Shown here: positions 9,001-17,828 of the stretch, in pieces
Numbering within the stretch: the stretch's first letter is position 1
Layout of the letters: every line of letters starts with the position of its first letter
Assembly: GCA_028282445.1 (NCBI GenBank)
Contig: JANQHZ010000167.1
Location: 1-36,365 of the forward strand
Source of the DNA: Candidatus Binatia bacterium
Lineage (GTDB): Bacteria; Desulfobacterota; Binatia; HRBIN30; CADEER01
Reading direction: 5' to 3'
Length of the DNA: 36,365 bases
Program-made: the position numbers and the translations under genes
The notes under the pieces: generated by a model
Seen by the model: the letters and a program-made list of their open reading frames with translations, nothing else
The model's database searches: none
Told to the model about the DNA's origin: nothing

Positions 9001-12000
9001 TGCGGCTGATAGGCTGGGCGATCACCGGGCAAGTTCCCACCGCCCCGGCTACGCAACCGACCGGCGATCGCAATGATCCCTGGTCGGTGCTTCTACCGGA
9101 TGTCTGGGACGTCTCCCTTCTCGCCTGGAGCGAGGACCAAAAGCAGATGGGGCTCGGCCTCGAGCGCGTAATGGCATCGGAGGTTTCCGGCGACATCGAG
9201 GTTGCCGTCGAGATGCGTCTGGACGTCCCCGCCTTTCCGCTGCCCGGAGGTTCTTTCGGCAATGTTGCGCCGGCGATCTCCGTTTCGGTCGACCTCCGTA
9301 ACCCCAGCCAAGGCAAAGCGCTACTCGATCTACCGAGCGGGCTCCGCATCGAGCGCGCGCGAATCGGTGCCTCCGCCCAACTCAGTACGAGCGGAGTAAG
9401 CTACGCTCCGACGGTTGATCTCTACGGAGCGCGCCTAACGAGCCAGCACTCTCCTGCGACCGTTCACCTCTCACCGGTTCCGGGAACGCCCAAGTTTACC
9501 TGCGAACAGGGGATGCAGGTCATCGGGACGTTGCTAGCTGCTCTGATGCAGGAGGTGTCACACGCGGCAACTTCGTTGCCGAAGCTCCAGGCTGCCCTAG
9601 GGGTCCTCGAGGTGTTTTCGCTCGTCGATGACAAGTCGACGAGCTCGGAGTCGCTCGACGAAGCTGCTAACTACGGGATCAACCTCGGGGCCTGGACCGG
9701 CATGCTGGCGAATCCGGGCAATTTCTTCGGCGGCCGAGCGACGGCTATTCTCGAAGACCCGTCCGAGTCCAAGGCGCTCTACGACGCACTTGCCGTGCTT
9801 CTAGGGGTCGGCTCTTTCAAACTGCCGAAGCAGGTCGAGGTGCTGGAGGACGTTCTCGTTGCGCTCGAGCTGCTCGAGCCGACTCCCGGGGGTTGGTTCT
9901 CTGTGCCGGTGTCGAGCTGGCTCAGTCTCGTAGACAACCCGCGGCGCTACCTCGAGAATGAAGTTTCCGCCATCTTTTCGGATTCGGACGGTCGCCTCAA
10001 GCAACTTCTTACCCAACTCGGCGCCCTTGCCGGGGTTGAAAGCGCCTATCTCTCGGTTGACGCCACCGGTACCGTCGTCACACTCACCCTTCCTGACCTC
10101 GCGATTGGCGCGGAGCTCTTCGCTTACGGGAGCTTGGGCCTCGACCTGAAATCCTTCGAGTTCGAGGTCGAAGTTGCCGCAGCCGCCCGCTGGAAAAATG
10201 TCGTCGGCGGCCAGGAGAGCGATTCGGTCGGGGCTGCGTTGCTGTTGCAGTACAAGCCTCAGGTCGGCGCCGACTTCTCGCTGGCCGGATCTCCAACGCT
10301 GTCCCTCGCCGCGGCACCGGGGCCGCAGCCGGCGGCATTCGAGCCGCTGCCGCTGTACCCGCCCCCCGACCCGATCGGTCCCTACTTGGCGCGCCTGGGA
10401 ACGGAGATCCCGATTACGGTTCTCTCGGCGGTAGCCGTGCAGGCGCTCAATCGTTTCGTCATGCCTGCGACGGCCGATCCGAGCCCGGCCAGGCAGTTGG
10501 CCGGCAACATCTTCAAAGCCTTTGGTCTCGCGTCGCAGGTCGCACCGGACAAGCCCGTGCAGGTCAAGCCTCTGGCGGCGGCGTTCACCCACCCGATCGA
10601 TTGGCTGCTGAGTCCGGACGTGCTGGGCGACGGCAAGGGCGGAATCGATCTGACCAATCTGGGCAAGATTCTCTACGCCATTCCGGGCGCCGGAATCACC
10701 GGGCCGGGCAATATCGAGCTCAAAGCGTTTTCATTTCAGTCTCAAAACAATGGCCTTCAGCTGATCAATCTGCCCTACGGCGTTTCGTTCAATGTGTACT
10801 CCGACGAGACCGACGGCGTCGGCATCGAAACTACGATCGACGAATCAATCCAGTCCGGCGCCGTCGAGGTCGCGATTACGCCTGGGATCTCTTTTGGGCA
10901 CGGGGCCGGGGTGCATGTCGACGGTACGATCAGCCTCAGCTTCGCCCTCGGTGCGAGTGCGAACGGCAACGGCAACCAAGTCTCGATCGAGGCCGGCTAC
11001 AACACAAAGGTCGCGCAAGGCTTCGACCTCACGTTGAGCGGGCAGATCGCCGATGGGAGTACTGTCGACAAATTTGGGCCCTACGACCTCGTACCGTTTA
11101 CGGGACTCAACCAATTCTTGAACGGTGCCGGTGAGGCGGTGCTCAACCTGGTCGGCCAGAAGCTGTTTGACGAGCTCGCCAGCTACGAGGGTGCGCACCC
11201 GGACGTCGACTGGGTTAAGTTTGTCAAGACGATCCAGTCCTCTACGGGTCTGTCGTCATTCTCGAAGCTCGAGACCTTCATTCAGAACCTCATCGCGGAC
11301 CCACTCGCGCCGTTCGAATCAGCGCAGGCGCCGTCCACAATGCGAACATTACAGAAGCTGCTGACCGGCGCACCGCTCGGCTTCGACGCGTCGACCTTCC
11401 CGGTCGACCACGGCGTCATTAGCTACAAACTGCCGATCGGCGGCACCGACGCCGCGATCACGGTCTCGGTCGGCAATCAATCGATGAACGGGACGGATAA
11501 CGTATTCGGGCTCTGGATCGTTCCGACTCTAGAGGTCGAGTGGCTCGAGCTCAGCTTAGCCAGCGACGGCGCGCAAAGCGGAATCGGAGTCGTCCTGCCA
11601 TCACCCCCCGCAACCGCGGCGTCTCCACCCACCGTTGAGTATGCGCTGCTACCCAAGGCTGCCGTCGATCTCAGTCGCTTCAGCGTGCCGGCTCTACCCG
11701 GCGCTCCCGTCCTACAGCTCACCCTTGACGGCCAGGTGCTGCCTACGCCAACGGTGGGGCAGTTCTCGCTTCAGGTCTATCCCGCCGGAGAAGGAAGTAC
11801 ACCGCAGACGCTGGTCGTCGACCTTCTCCCCACGCCACGACTGGCGTACGGAAATGGGCAGTCGGCAGCCAGCGTTGGCCCCTGGCTCGAACAGCTCGCG
11901 TTCGACTTGCTGATCCCGCTACTCGCAGACATCGCGCTCAGTCTCGCGGCTGTTCGCTCCTTCCTGAACAAAGATATCGTGGCGGGCGACGACAAGAGCT

Positions 12001-15000
12001 GTTTGGGGAGCATCCTCAGTACATGGGGGCTACTCGATCAGACCGGGAGCGGCGACAGTGCGGTGTACGCTCTTGCCGACCTACGGCAAGCTTTTCCCGT
12101 CAGTAGCCTGTCTGACGTCGAGGGGATCGTTTTTCGTCTACTCGCCGCACTCGCCGACGCGCTCGCCGGGCATCCGCTCATCCCGGGTGTCGACATCGAG
12201 ATCGCAGAAAGGCAAAGCCCGGCAAACAAAGATCATACCTTCTACGGCCTCGAGCTGAGCCTCCCGGACATCGTCGTCTCGAAGAAGCCCGGCTCGCCGA
12301 AGTTGGTGCTACAGCTCGGCAAGTGGCTCGACGGCGAGACGGATGACAACTGGATCCATCAGTCCGATCCTGACTTCCCGAAAGAGGGAACGTCGCCAGG
12401 CGTCGCATTTTACTTGTTGCTCGTGGACGAGTCGGGGAGCAAGAGAAGCTACTCGTTCGGCCCGGGGGTCGAGCTGATCAGCGTTGGCCTCGACTTCGAT
12501 GGCGCCGATGCTCAGCATCCCCTCGTCGACGTGAAGGGCTTCTCGGTTGGGTCTATCCAGCCGAGAGTCTACGGGAGCTTCTTCGATGACGGCGGCCAGC
12601 TCGAGTGGGCGCTCGGTGGCGCTCTCCTTTGCGACCAGATTGGTGTTCCTCTCGGGCCAGGCTTCGGCAACGCGAGCGGCGACAACGCCGTTGCCCAGAA
12701 CATCCTGGCGTCCGGCAAGACGAATCAGCACGGCAAGGATCAGGGAGTGAATCCAGCGTTCTCAGCCTCTTTTGCCTACGTCTATGCTGACGGTGGACAG
12801 ACGTCGACGGTTCCGGTGTTCCAGTTCTACGACCCGCAAGGAAATCCAACGGACAAGGTGTGGATTCCGATCCAGCGCGCCTTCGGCCCGATTCAATGCA
12901 GCCAGCTCGGTTTGGGATGGGAGGCGCAGCCGAAAATCGTGGACATCGGATTCGACGGCTCGGTGGAGCTGGCCGGGCTCGCCGTTGAGCTCGATCAGTT
13001 GATGATCGGAATACCGATCCGAACGCCGACCGATTTCGGAGCCTACCGGTTGGGCCTCCAAGGGCTCGAAATTACCTATCAAGGCGGGTCGGTCGATGTG
13101 AGTGCCGGCTTTCTGCACTTGGATTCCGGCTACTACGGTGAGGCGCGTATCCAAGTAGAGGACTTTTCGATCTCCGGACTTGGAGGTTACGACGTCCTTG
13201 CCCACCATCCGTCGCTCTTCATTTACGCTGCAGTGGAAGCGCCCCTGGGGGATCCGACGGGCACCGGAGCCTTCTTCGTGACCGGGGTTGCCGCGGGTTT
13301 CGGGTACAACCGCGGACTCAACCTACCCGATCCCGAGAACGTGGCAACCTATCCCTTCGTCGCCGCGGTGGAGAGCCCGGGCGACTACCCGCCGCCTCCT
13401 GACAACCCGTCAGGATACCAGGCGGCGATGAGTGAGCTTCTCACCAAGCTGGCCTCGGCGGTACCACCCCAGCTCGGCGAGAATTGGGTCGCGGCGGGCG
13501 TCAAGTGGACGTCCTTTGACCTCATCGATTCGTTTGCTCTACTGACGGTTGCATTCGGTACCGACTTCGAGATCGGACTACTCGGAGTCTCGACCATCGA
13601 GCTCCCCAAGTCGCTCAAGGATGACAACGACAAGGACAAGCTCAGTCCGATTATATTCTCGCAGCTCGAGATCGATGTAACCTATACGGAGAAGTCCGGG
13701 ATTCTCAAAGCGGCCGCCGTCATCAATCCCGCTTCGTATGTCCTCGATCCGGACTGCCACTTGCAGGGCGGGTTCGCCTTCTACGCTTGGTTCAAGGATC
13801 AGCTTCCGGATCCGGCCAAGGATGGGGAGGCCGGCCAGTTCGTCATTACGCTAGGCGGCTACCATCCGGACTTCGTGGCGCCGTTTCGCCCGCCATACTA
13901 CCCGAACGAGCCGCGGGTCGGCTTCAACTGGGCGGTAGGCGGCGGCGTCGACATCAAAGGAGGACTGTATTTTGCGCTGACGCCGGCCGCCGTAATGGCC
14001 GGAGGCAGCCTGGACCTGACCTTCCAGTCCGGTGCATTGAGGGCGTGGTTCGACGCGTACGCGGACTTCCTCATCATGTGGAAGCCGTTTCACTACGAAG
14101 CCGATATCGGAGTCAGTATCGGCGCCTCGTACCGCGTCGACGCGTTGTTCATTCATCATACTTTCACGATCGAGCTTGGCGCCAGCCTGGCCCTGTGGGG
14201 GCCGAAGTTCGGAGGTAAGGCGCACGTCAGTTGGTTCATCATTTCCTTCACGATTCATTTCGGCGACCAGAGCAGTCGTAACGCGCGCCCCCCGCTCGAC
14301 TGGCAACAGTTCGCCGAATCGTTTCTTCCCGCGCACAAGAATGGCGGCGGGCAATCGGACTTGCTCTCGAGCGGGACCAATACGCTGGTTGCGACCAACG
14401 ATGATGCCCCCTCGGTGATCACCGCCACCGTATCCAAGGGACTCATGTCGACCCCGAAGGTTGACGGTAAGCCCGTGTGGGTCATCAACCCGCAGGACTT
14501 CACCTTGGTTACGAACGCGATCATCCCCTCGACCGGTGTTTCGATAGCGGGCCACAACGTCACGCCCAGCTTCGCCCCCCGTACCGATTTCGGTGTGCGC
14601 CCCATGCAGCAGTTTGTTGGCGTGGAGTCCGGACACGAGATTTTGCTGTCGAAAGAGAACGCGCAAGGGCAATACGAGGAAAAGGACTGGGATTGGGTCA
14701 GCACGCACATCGTTCCGACGGTTACGCGGAAGAGCGCCCCGATGGCTCTGTGGGCGAACACCGCGGCGTCTGACAAGACCTTCGATGATGAGCAAACGAT
14801 CCCGGACACGATGGGAGGCTTGTGCCTCGAGCCGAAGCCGGTTAACGCAGATGATTACAACCCGGTCGGCCCGTTTCCGAAGTCCCGACTTGCCTGGGAT
14901 ACGATCGACCCGTCCGCTGAGTTTGCGTGGGGAAAGCTCGAACCCTCTACGTCGCCGCAGTATCCGCCGCCCGGCGTCGCCGCAATCGACGAGCTAATGG

Positions 15001-15203
15001 CGACGGTTGCAGCGGAGTCGATCGTTGCGGGGCGGGCCGGTATTCTCGAGGCGTTGGTCGCCAATGGGGTCGCAGTGTCCACCGATGCCGACTTGGCGGT
15101 AATGGCGGCGACAGCTGATGAGTTTCTGCTGGCGTCTCCGTTGCTCGTCTCGCTCGGAAGCAAGCCCAACTTCAAGCCGACGCCCGGGAAGGAGGAGGGC
15201 TGA
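6060..15203 (+). CDS. giant (3047 aa) protein of unknown function; C-terminal ~490 aa tentatively DUF6603-like
   Basis: An uninterrupted 9.1-kb ORF with coding-like codon bias throughout. The region nt ~12800-14280 carries motifs I associate with DUF6603: FFVTGVAAGFGYNRGL (GFGYNR at 13296-13313), ITLGGYHPDF (13854-13874), LYFALTPAAVMAGG and FHYEADIGVSIGA. There is no signal peptide, Walker A, HExxH, RHS/YD or RTX repeat. Confidence 0.95.
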   Translation: MSTSVTINRSDLDPTVLDLGLVTGLLTDGGGGDEVDLNSGWFDDPFSYLERIPNSPEFFPLLASLLGSLGGDALGTVKQTADRSWYPLNIPGEGANGPPTASGFYLVTNKVPSNGKGNGNSTGVIAGLGAIRTFVEQGVSITPYALFPLVKIPSEDATQKDASFVLGQEPIEIGIDVSAASGAFSFGGGKGAVATASLDGDKVGTSVKIDAPGSGYNAQTEVYFVGGGGSGACGKVSVDEGEVTGVRVTSQGSGYTRAPDVVFVDGVSFDGLKIDVTIPFEGSPPKIGFDIVLLNLAVPGGPPANRSLVELIANAEQEVEEWLRIVLSILGAQLAKQNSQAGAMFENVMRLLGIVGDVPPIDWKRLIEEAKSGNGDPAQVFVEWLRAVVGSDTAAESWLDDCYALLHPAADTSDAVSGSGTLSEPWKICLYDLADRASLFFTLAAHNTGNTNSSSKSKVRAVAPDELADGAPSGTLQVYPGLEIRSDAKTMVASYVSASLDCSLQFLQLDLPASGEVPAPVSFPAFDLMLAFTNPSADDLPLIHFGTGADATFEVDSIEVGFGLSKLRGALTPNPCIRLVGVKTPYGSWPELNLSDFNAKAVKDELASILQKEIEKLLGVDSNDGTVDPSANAFAQHLAAVIGVIAPPSYPGGSGPWPLSDGKMLLSAEELGLLVHEPFGAVGAYYSRCLAPPQGGGVWQYILIELARLFGSSSSKLVNPAAAGNATDPWRVVLVATSSGDPEVVVEAWQPEGTTHELILAFAVDIPLPLPPEVASDAEATLSFVLELLHVTLPDGSGKGPVSADWLRGAGAELVVSGPGGASLTLPDLAGVQISIADVKLYAGWQKSGELGWEATIDSLTLSADGHEVGKVPHISFGSTTSNWQSDLEKLAPLALNVLGVLALEHGGRPGVAASALLGALPNAPSLIDGSDDSPFMLPKGLKLPTTWPALELSHPTQPWLDLQAQLQGLLGDGAAMEAAMRLIGWAITGQVPTAPATQPTGDRNDPWSVLLPDVWDVSLLAWSEDQKQMGLGLERVMASEVSGDIEVAVEMRLDVPAFPLPGGSFGNVAPAISVSVDLRNPSQGKALLDLPSGLRIERARIGASAQLSTSGVSYAPTVDLYGARLTSQHSPATVHLSPVPGTPKFTCEQGMQVIGTLLAALMQEVSHAATSLPKLQAALGVLEVFSLVDDKSTSSESLDEAANYGINLGAWTGMLANPGNFFGGRATAILEDPSESKALYDALAVLLGVGSFKLPKQVEVLEDVLVALELLEPTPGGWFSVPVSSWLSLVDNPRRYLENEVSAIFSDSDGRLKQLLTQLGALAGVESAYLSVDATGTVVTLTLPDLAIGAELFAYGSLGLDLKSFEFEVEVAAAARWKNVVGGQESDSVGAALLLQYKPQVGADFSLAGSPTLSLAAAPGPQPAAFEPLPLYPPPDPIGPYLARLGTEIPITVLSAVAVQALNRFVMPATADPSPARQLAGNIFKAFGLASQVAPDKPVQVKPLAAAFTHPIDWLLSPDVLGDGKGGIDLTNLGKILYAIPGAGITGPGNIELKAFSFQSQNNGLQLINLPYGVSFNVYSDETDGVGIETTIDESIQSGAVEVAITPGISFGHGAGVHVDGTISLSFALGASANGNGNQVSIEAGYNTKVAQGFDLTLSGQIADGSTVDKFGPYDLVPFTGLNQFLNGAGEAVLNLVGQKLFDELASYEGAHPDVDWVKFVKTIQSSTGLSSFSKLETFIQNLIADPLAPFESAQAPSTMRTLQKLLTGAPLGFDASTFPVDHGVISYKLPIGGTDAAITVSVGNQSMNGTDNVFGLWIVPTLEVEWLELSLASDGAQSGIGVVLPSPPATAASPPTVEYALLPKAAVDLSRFSVPALPGAPVLQLTLDGQVLPTPTVGQFSLQVYPAGEGSTPQTLVVDLLPTPRLAYGNGQSAASVGPWLEQLAFDLLIPLLADIALSLAAVRSFLNKDIVAGDDKSCLGSILSTWGLLDQTGSGDSAVYALADLRQAFPVSSLSDVEGIVFRLLAALADALAGHPLIPGVDIEIAERQSPANKDHTFYGLELSLPDIVVSKKPGSPKLVLQLGKWLDGETDDNWIHQSDPDFPKEGTSPGVAFYLLLVDESGSKRSYSFGPGVELISVGLDFDGADAQHPLVDVKGFSVGSIQPRVYGSFFDDGGQLEWALGGALLCDQIGVPLGPGFGNASGDNAVAQNILASGKTNQHGKDQGVNPAFSASFAYVYADGGQTSTVPVFQFYDPQGNPTDKVWIPIQRAFGPIQCSQLGLGWEAQPKIVDIGFDGSVELAGLAVELDQLMIGIPIRTPTDFGAYRLGLQGLEITYQGGSVDVSAGFLHLDSGYYGEARIQVEDFSISGLGGYDVLAHHPSLFIYAAVEAPLGDPTGTGAFFVTGVAAGFGYNRGLNLPDPENVATYPFVAAVESPGDYPPPPDNPSGYQAAMSELLTKLASAVPPQLGENWVAAGVKWTSFDLIDSFALLTVAFGTDFEIGLLGVSTIELPKSLKDDNDKDKLSPIIFSQLEIDVTYTEKSGILKAAAVINPASYVLDPDCHLQGGFAFYAWFKDQLPDPAKDGEAGQFVITLGGYHPDFVAPFRPPYYPNEPRVGFNWAVGGGVDIKGGLYFALTPAAVMAGGSLDLTFQSGALRAWFDAYADFLIMWKPFHYEADIGVSIGASYRVDALFIHHTFTIELGASLALWGPKFGGKAHVSWFIISFTIHFGDQSSRNARPPLDWQQFAESFLPAHKNGGGQSDLLSSGTNTLVATNDDAPSVITATVSKGLMSTPKVDGKPVWVINPQDFTLVTNAIIPSTGVSIAGHNVTPSFAPRTDFGVRPMQQFVGVESGHEILLSKENAQGQYEEKDWDWVSTHIVPTVTRKSAPMALWANTAASDKTFDDEQTIPDTMGGLCLEPKPVNADDYNPVGPFPKSRLAWDTIDPSAEFAWGKLEPSTSPQYPPPGVAAIDELMATVAAESIVAGRAGILEALVANGVAVSTDADLAVMAATADEFLLASPLLVSLGSKPNFKPTPGKEEG
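6612..6854 (+). repeat. two tandem ~38-aa glycine-rich modules (protein-level repeat) in the 3047-aa ORF
   Basis: GGGKGAVATASLDGDKVGTSVKIDAPGSGYNAQTEVYF followed by VGGGGSGACGKVSVDEGEVTGVRVTSQGSGYTRAPDVVF. The same module type recurs at 18125-18334. Confidence 0.7.
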
Positions 15204-16792
15204 TGGTCGCGAAGAAGCGCACCGCCGGCACGGCGTCCGGCAGCACGGTCGAGTTCATCGACGGATGGCCACCGCCACTCGAGGCCGGCAACTACAAGAT
15301 CCAGGTCGATCAGAAGGTCTCCGTCGCTACCGAGTCGCTTTCCAGTGAGTTCAAGTTCAGCGTGGGCGCGCCGCGTTTCACGCTCGATCCGGCGCTGATT
15401 CACTCCTTTTTTCCGCCGGCCGCGCATCAAGCCAACTTTTCTGAGTACCTGCCTCAGGTCATCTTTACTCGTAAGACTCTTCCGTGGGAGCGAACGATCG
15501 ACGGAAGCGCGTTGACGCGCCCACTCGACGGTTCGGGAGCCGGACCGCCTCTGATGCCGCCGTGGATGGGAGTGCTGTTATTCGACGAGGAGGATTCGCT
15601 GAACGGTGCGTCAGGGATTCCCAAGGTGGAATCGAAGACGGTCGGCGACTTGATCTCGCGTGCCCACGGCGGCTCGCGGCCCAAGGGTGTCTTCGGTCCG
15701 GAGATCGAGGTCGAGAACCTCGAGGCCGGCCAGCACCTTACCGACCAGTGCATGATCATTGAAGTGGGCTCCGAGCTCTTTCAGAGCATCGCGCCTTCGC
15801 TGGACGACCTTCCCTATCTGGCGCACTCGCGGAAGGTCGATCCAGCCCTGAAGACGTCTCCCGGCACTATCAATGACGACGGGTGGGTGTCGGTCGTGAT
15901 CGGCAACCGTTTTCCCAGACCGGGTAAACCGGGCGGCAAGGCGGCGAAGAACACGGCGTTCCTTGTTTCACTCGAAGGCTTCTCGGAATATCTGAACGGC
16001 GGCAAGCCGATCACCGAGAAGACGACCTATCTCGCGTGCTTGGCCAGTTGGACATTCAACGACATTGGTACCAACGCGAGTTTCGATCAACTCATGACTG
16101 GGCTCAGGAAGGAGCTCGAGACTCAAGAGTACGACGGCAAGCTGAGCGGTAGGTTGGGCTTGCTGCCGACCCAGCCCCCGGCGACCACCGGGCCGGAGCA
16201 TGCCGTGCAGCAGGGCTTGCTGCAGGGATTCACCGCGATCAACCACGTCACGCGACAGGGAGAGAAGACCGTCTCCTGGAATAGAGGCCCGTTGGTCCCG
16301 CTCCAACTCGCGCCGCCAGATCAGCCGCCTCTCTACAACTCTTCCGACGGCGCGCTACGCTACGATCCAGCCTCAGGGCTCTTCGACGTCTCTTACGCCG
16401 CGGCTTGGCAACTCGGCCGCCTGCTCGGTCTCAACAACAAGAAGTTCTCGACCGCTCTACTGAATTGGCGGCGCGCAACTCACCAGTCGACGGCGGCTGC
16501 GTTGACACGCCACCTCTGCCATCGGCAGCTCAGTGGGCTACTTGATTCAGACGGCGACATACTCGACGAACAGTACCTGAAGAACGGCCTGCTCGGCTTC
16601 CTTGCGACGCGAATGCTAGAAACGCTCGCACCCGCCGACGCATCGAAGCCAGGTGTGCTTGGCAAGCTGGGGGACCCGTCGGGGGTGCGGGAGCGTGGCC
16701 TCGACGATGATCGACTTCGCGACATCGTAGAGGGCAGCGATGATCCAGCGCGCGACCTGCTCGAATGGTTGCAACAACGGAAACGGGACTAG
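15203..16792 (+). CDS. hypothetical protein (529 aa), operon member
   Basis: The ATG shares its A with the TGA of the upstream giant ORF (TGATG), and a strong AAGGAGGAG lies upstream. Sharply defined motif blocks are present, e.g. FTRKTLPWERT and VSYAAAWQLGRLLGL (16388-16432). No recognisable catalytic motif. Confidence 0.9.
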   Translation: MVAKKRTAGTASGSTVEFIDGWPPPLEAGNYKIQVDQKVSVATESLSSEFKFSVGAPRFTLDPALIHSFFPPAAHQANFSEYLPQVIFTRKTLPWERTIDGSALTRPLDGSGAGPPLMPPWMGVLLFDEEDSLNGASGIPKVESKTVGDLISRAHGGSRPKGVFGPEIEVENLEAGQHLTDQCMIIEVGSELFQSIAPSLDDLPYLAHSRKVDPALKTSPGTINDDGWVSVVIGNRFPRPGKPGGKAAKNTAFLVSLEGFSEYLNGGKPITEKTTYLACLASWTFNDIGTNASFDQLMTGLRKELETQEYDGKLSGRLGLLPTQPPATTGPEHAVQQGLLQGFTAINHVTRQGEKTVSWNRGPLVPLQLAPPDQPPLYNSSDGALRYDPASGLFDVSYAAAWQLGRLLGLNNKKFSTALLNWRRATHQSTAAALTRHLCHRQLSGLLDSDGDILDEQYLKNGLLGFLATRMLETLAPADASKPGVLGKLGDPSGVRERGLDDDRLRDIVEGSDDPARDLLEWLQQRKRD

Positions 16793-16796
16793 AGCG

Positions 16797-17828
16797 ATGG
16801 CGAGTTGGCAGCCGACGAAGAACCACCTTCCTGGCCTGAAGCGCTTCCTGTCGGAGCCCGAGCACATTCGCGGGTTGCTGAACGAGGATCAGCCCGTTCC
16901 CGACGACATTGCCGGTTGGTTGGCCCGGTTGCGGCTCCTCTACGGCGTTCCCTTCAACTACCTCGTGCCCGACGAGAAGATGTTGCCACAGGAATCAATC
17001 CGGTTCTTCTCTCTGGATCCGAATTGGTTGGAGGCGTTGCTGGACGGCGCTCTGAGTATTGGTCGCAACACCTCCAAGGATGCTGCGCACGACGAGGCAG
17101 TCAAAGAGATCGTGCACGAAGCCGCCGCTAGGGCGGTAGGTGAAATCCGGCCGAGATTCGGTCAGGAGCCCCCGGCGACCGATTCCTCGACAGTGTATTC
17201 CGGGTTTCTACTTCGATCCGCTGTTGTGTCCGGCTGGCCGGGTCTCGAAGTGGAGGCTTACGCCGCCAATTCGCCGGAAAGCCTGCCGATCTGCCGTTTC
17301 GAGCGTCTGTCTCGCGACGTCATGCTTTGCATCTTTAGCGGGTTGTTCGAGAAACTGTACCTCCACGAACCATCCGAGGGCATCCAGTTCGGGGCTTTGT
17401 ACGAACCTACGAATCCGGCCGACACTCGATACCAGATGGACCAACTCCGCGGTCTCGGGGTTCCAGGCGGGGGGATCGCCTCTAAGCCCGCAGGTGAACC
17501 GGTCGCTCAGAAGAATCCGACGGTAACGGTTCCCCTGCGCGCGACTCAGGGAAACGGGAACATGCGCGTGATTGAGGCGGCAAAATTCGCCGAAGGAACG
17601 ACCAAGGCATCTGGCGGGCTGCCTTATTTTCTCGGTCCCGGTGCCCCGAGCCCCCTGACGATCTCGCAGTTCTCGGTTGAGATGGTGAAGAGCCCACAAC
17701 GTCAAGAATTCGTCGACACGACGACCGCCGCCGGGGTACCCACCCTGCACCCACCAAACCGAAAGCTACCGTCGGTCAAGCGGGCTCGAGCCAAGAATCA
17801 GCGTGACCTTTTCGGGAAGGGTGATTGA
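16797..17828 (+). CDS. hypothetical protein (343 aa), operon member
   Basis: The ATG (MASWQPTK...) lies 4 nt after the previous stop; the track's earlier start at 16740 would overlap the upstream gene by 53 nt. There is a long motif block LRLLYGVPFNYLVPDEKMLPQESIRFFSLDPNWLEALLDGALSIG (16929-17063). Confidence 0.85.
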   Translation: MASWQPTKNHLPGLKRFLSEPEHIRGLLNEDQPVPDDIAGWLARLRLLYGVPFNYLVPDEKMLPQESIRFFSLDPNWLEALLDGALSIGRNTSKDAAHDEAVKEIVHEAAARAVGEIRPRFGQEPPATDSSTVYSGFLLRSAVVSGWPGLEVEAYAANSPESLPICRFERLSRDVMLCIFSGLFEKLYLHEPSEGIQFGALYEPTNPADTRYQMDQLRGLGVPGGGIASKPAGEPVAQKNPTVTVPLRATQGNGNMRVIEAAKFAEGTTKASGGLPYFLGPGAPSPLTISQFSVEMVKSPQRQEFVDTTTAAGVPTLHPPNRKLPSVKRARAKNQRDLFGKGD

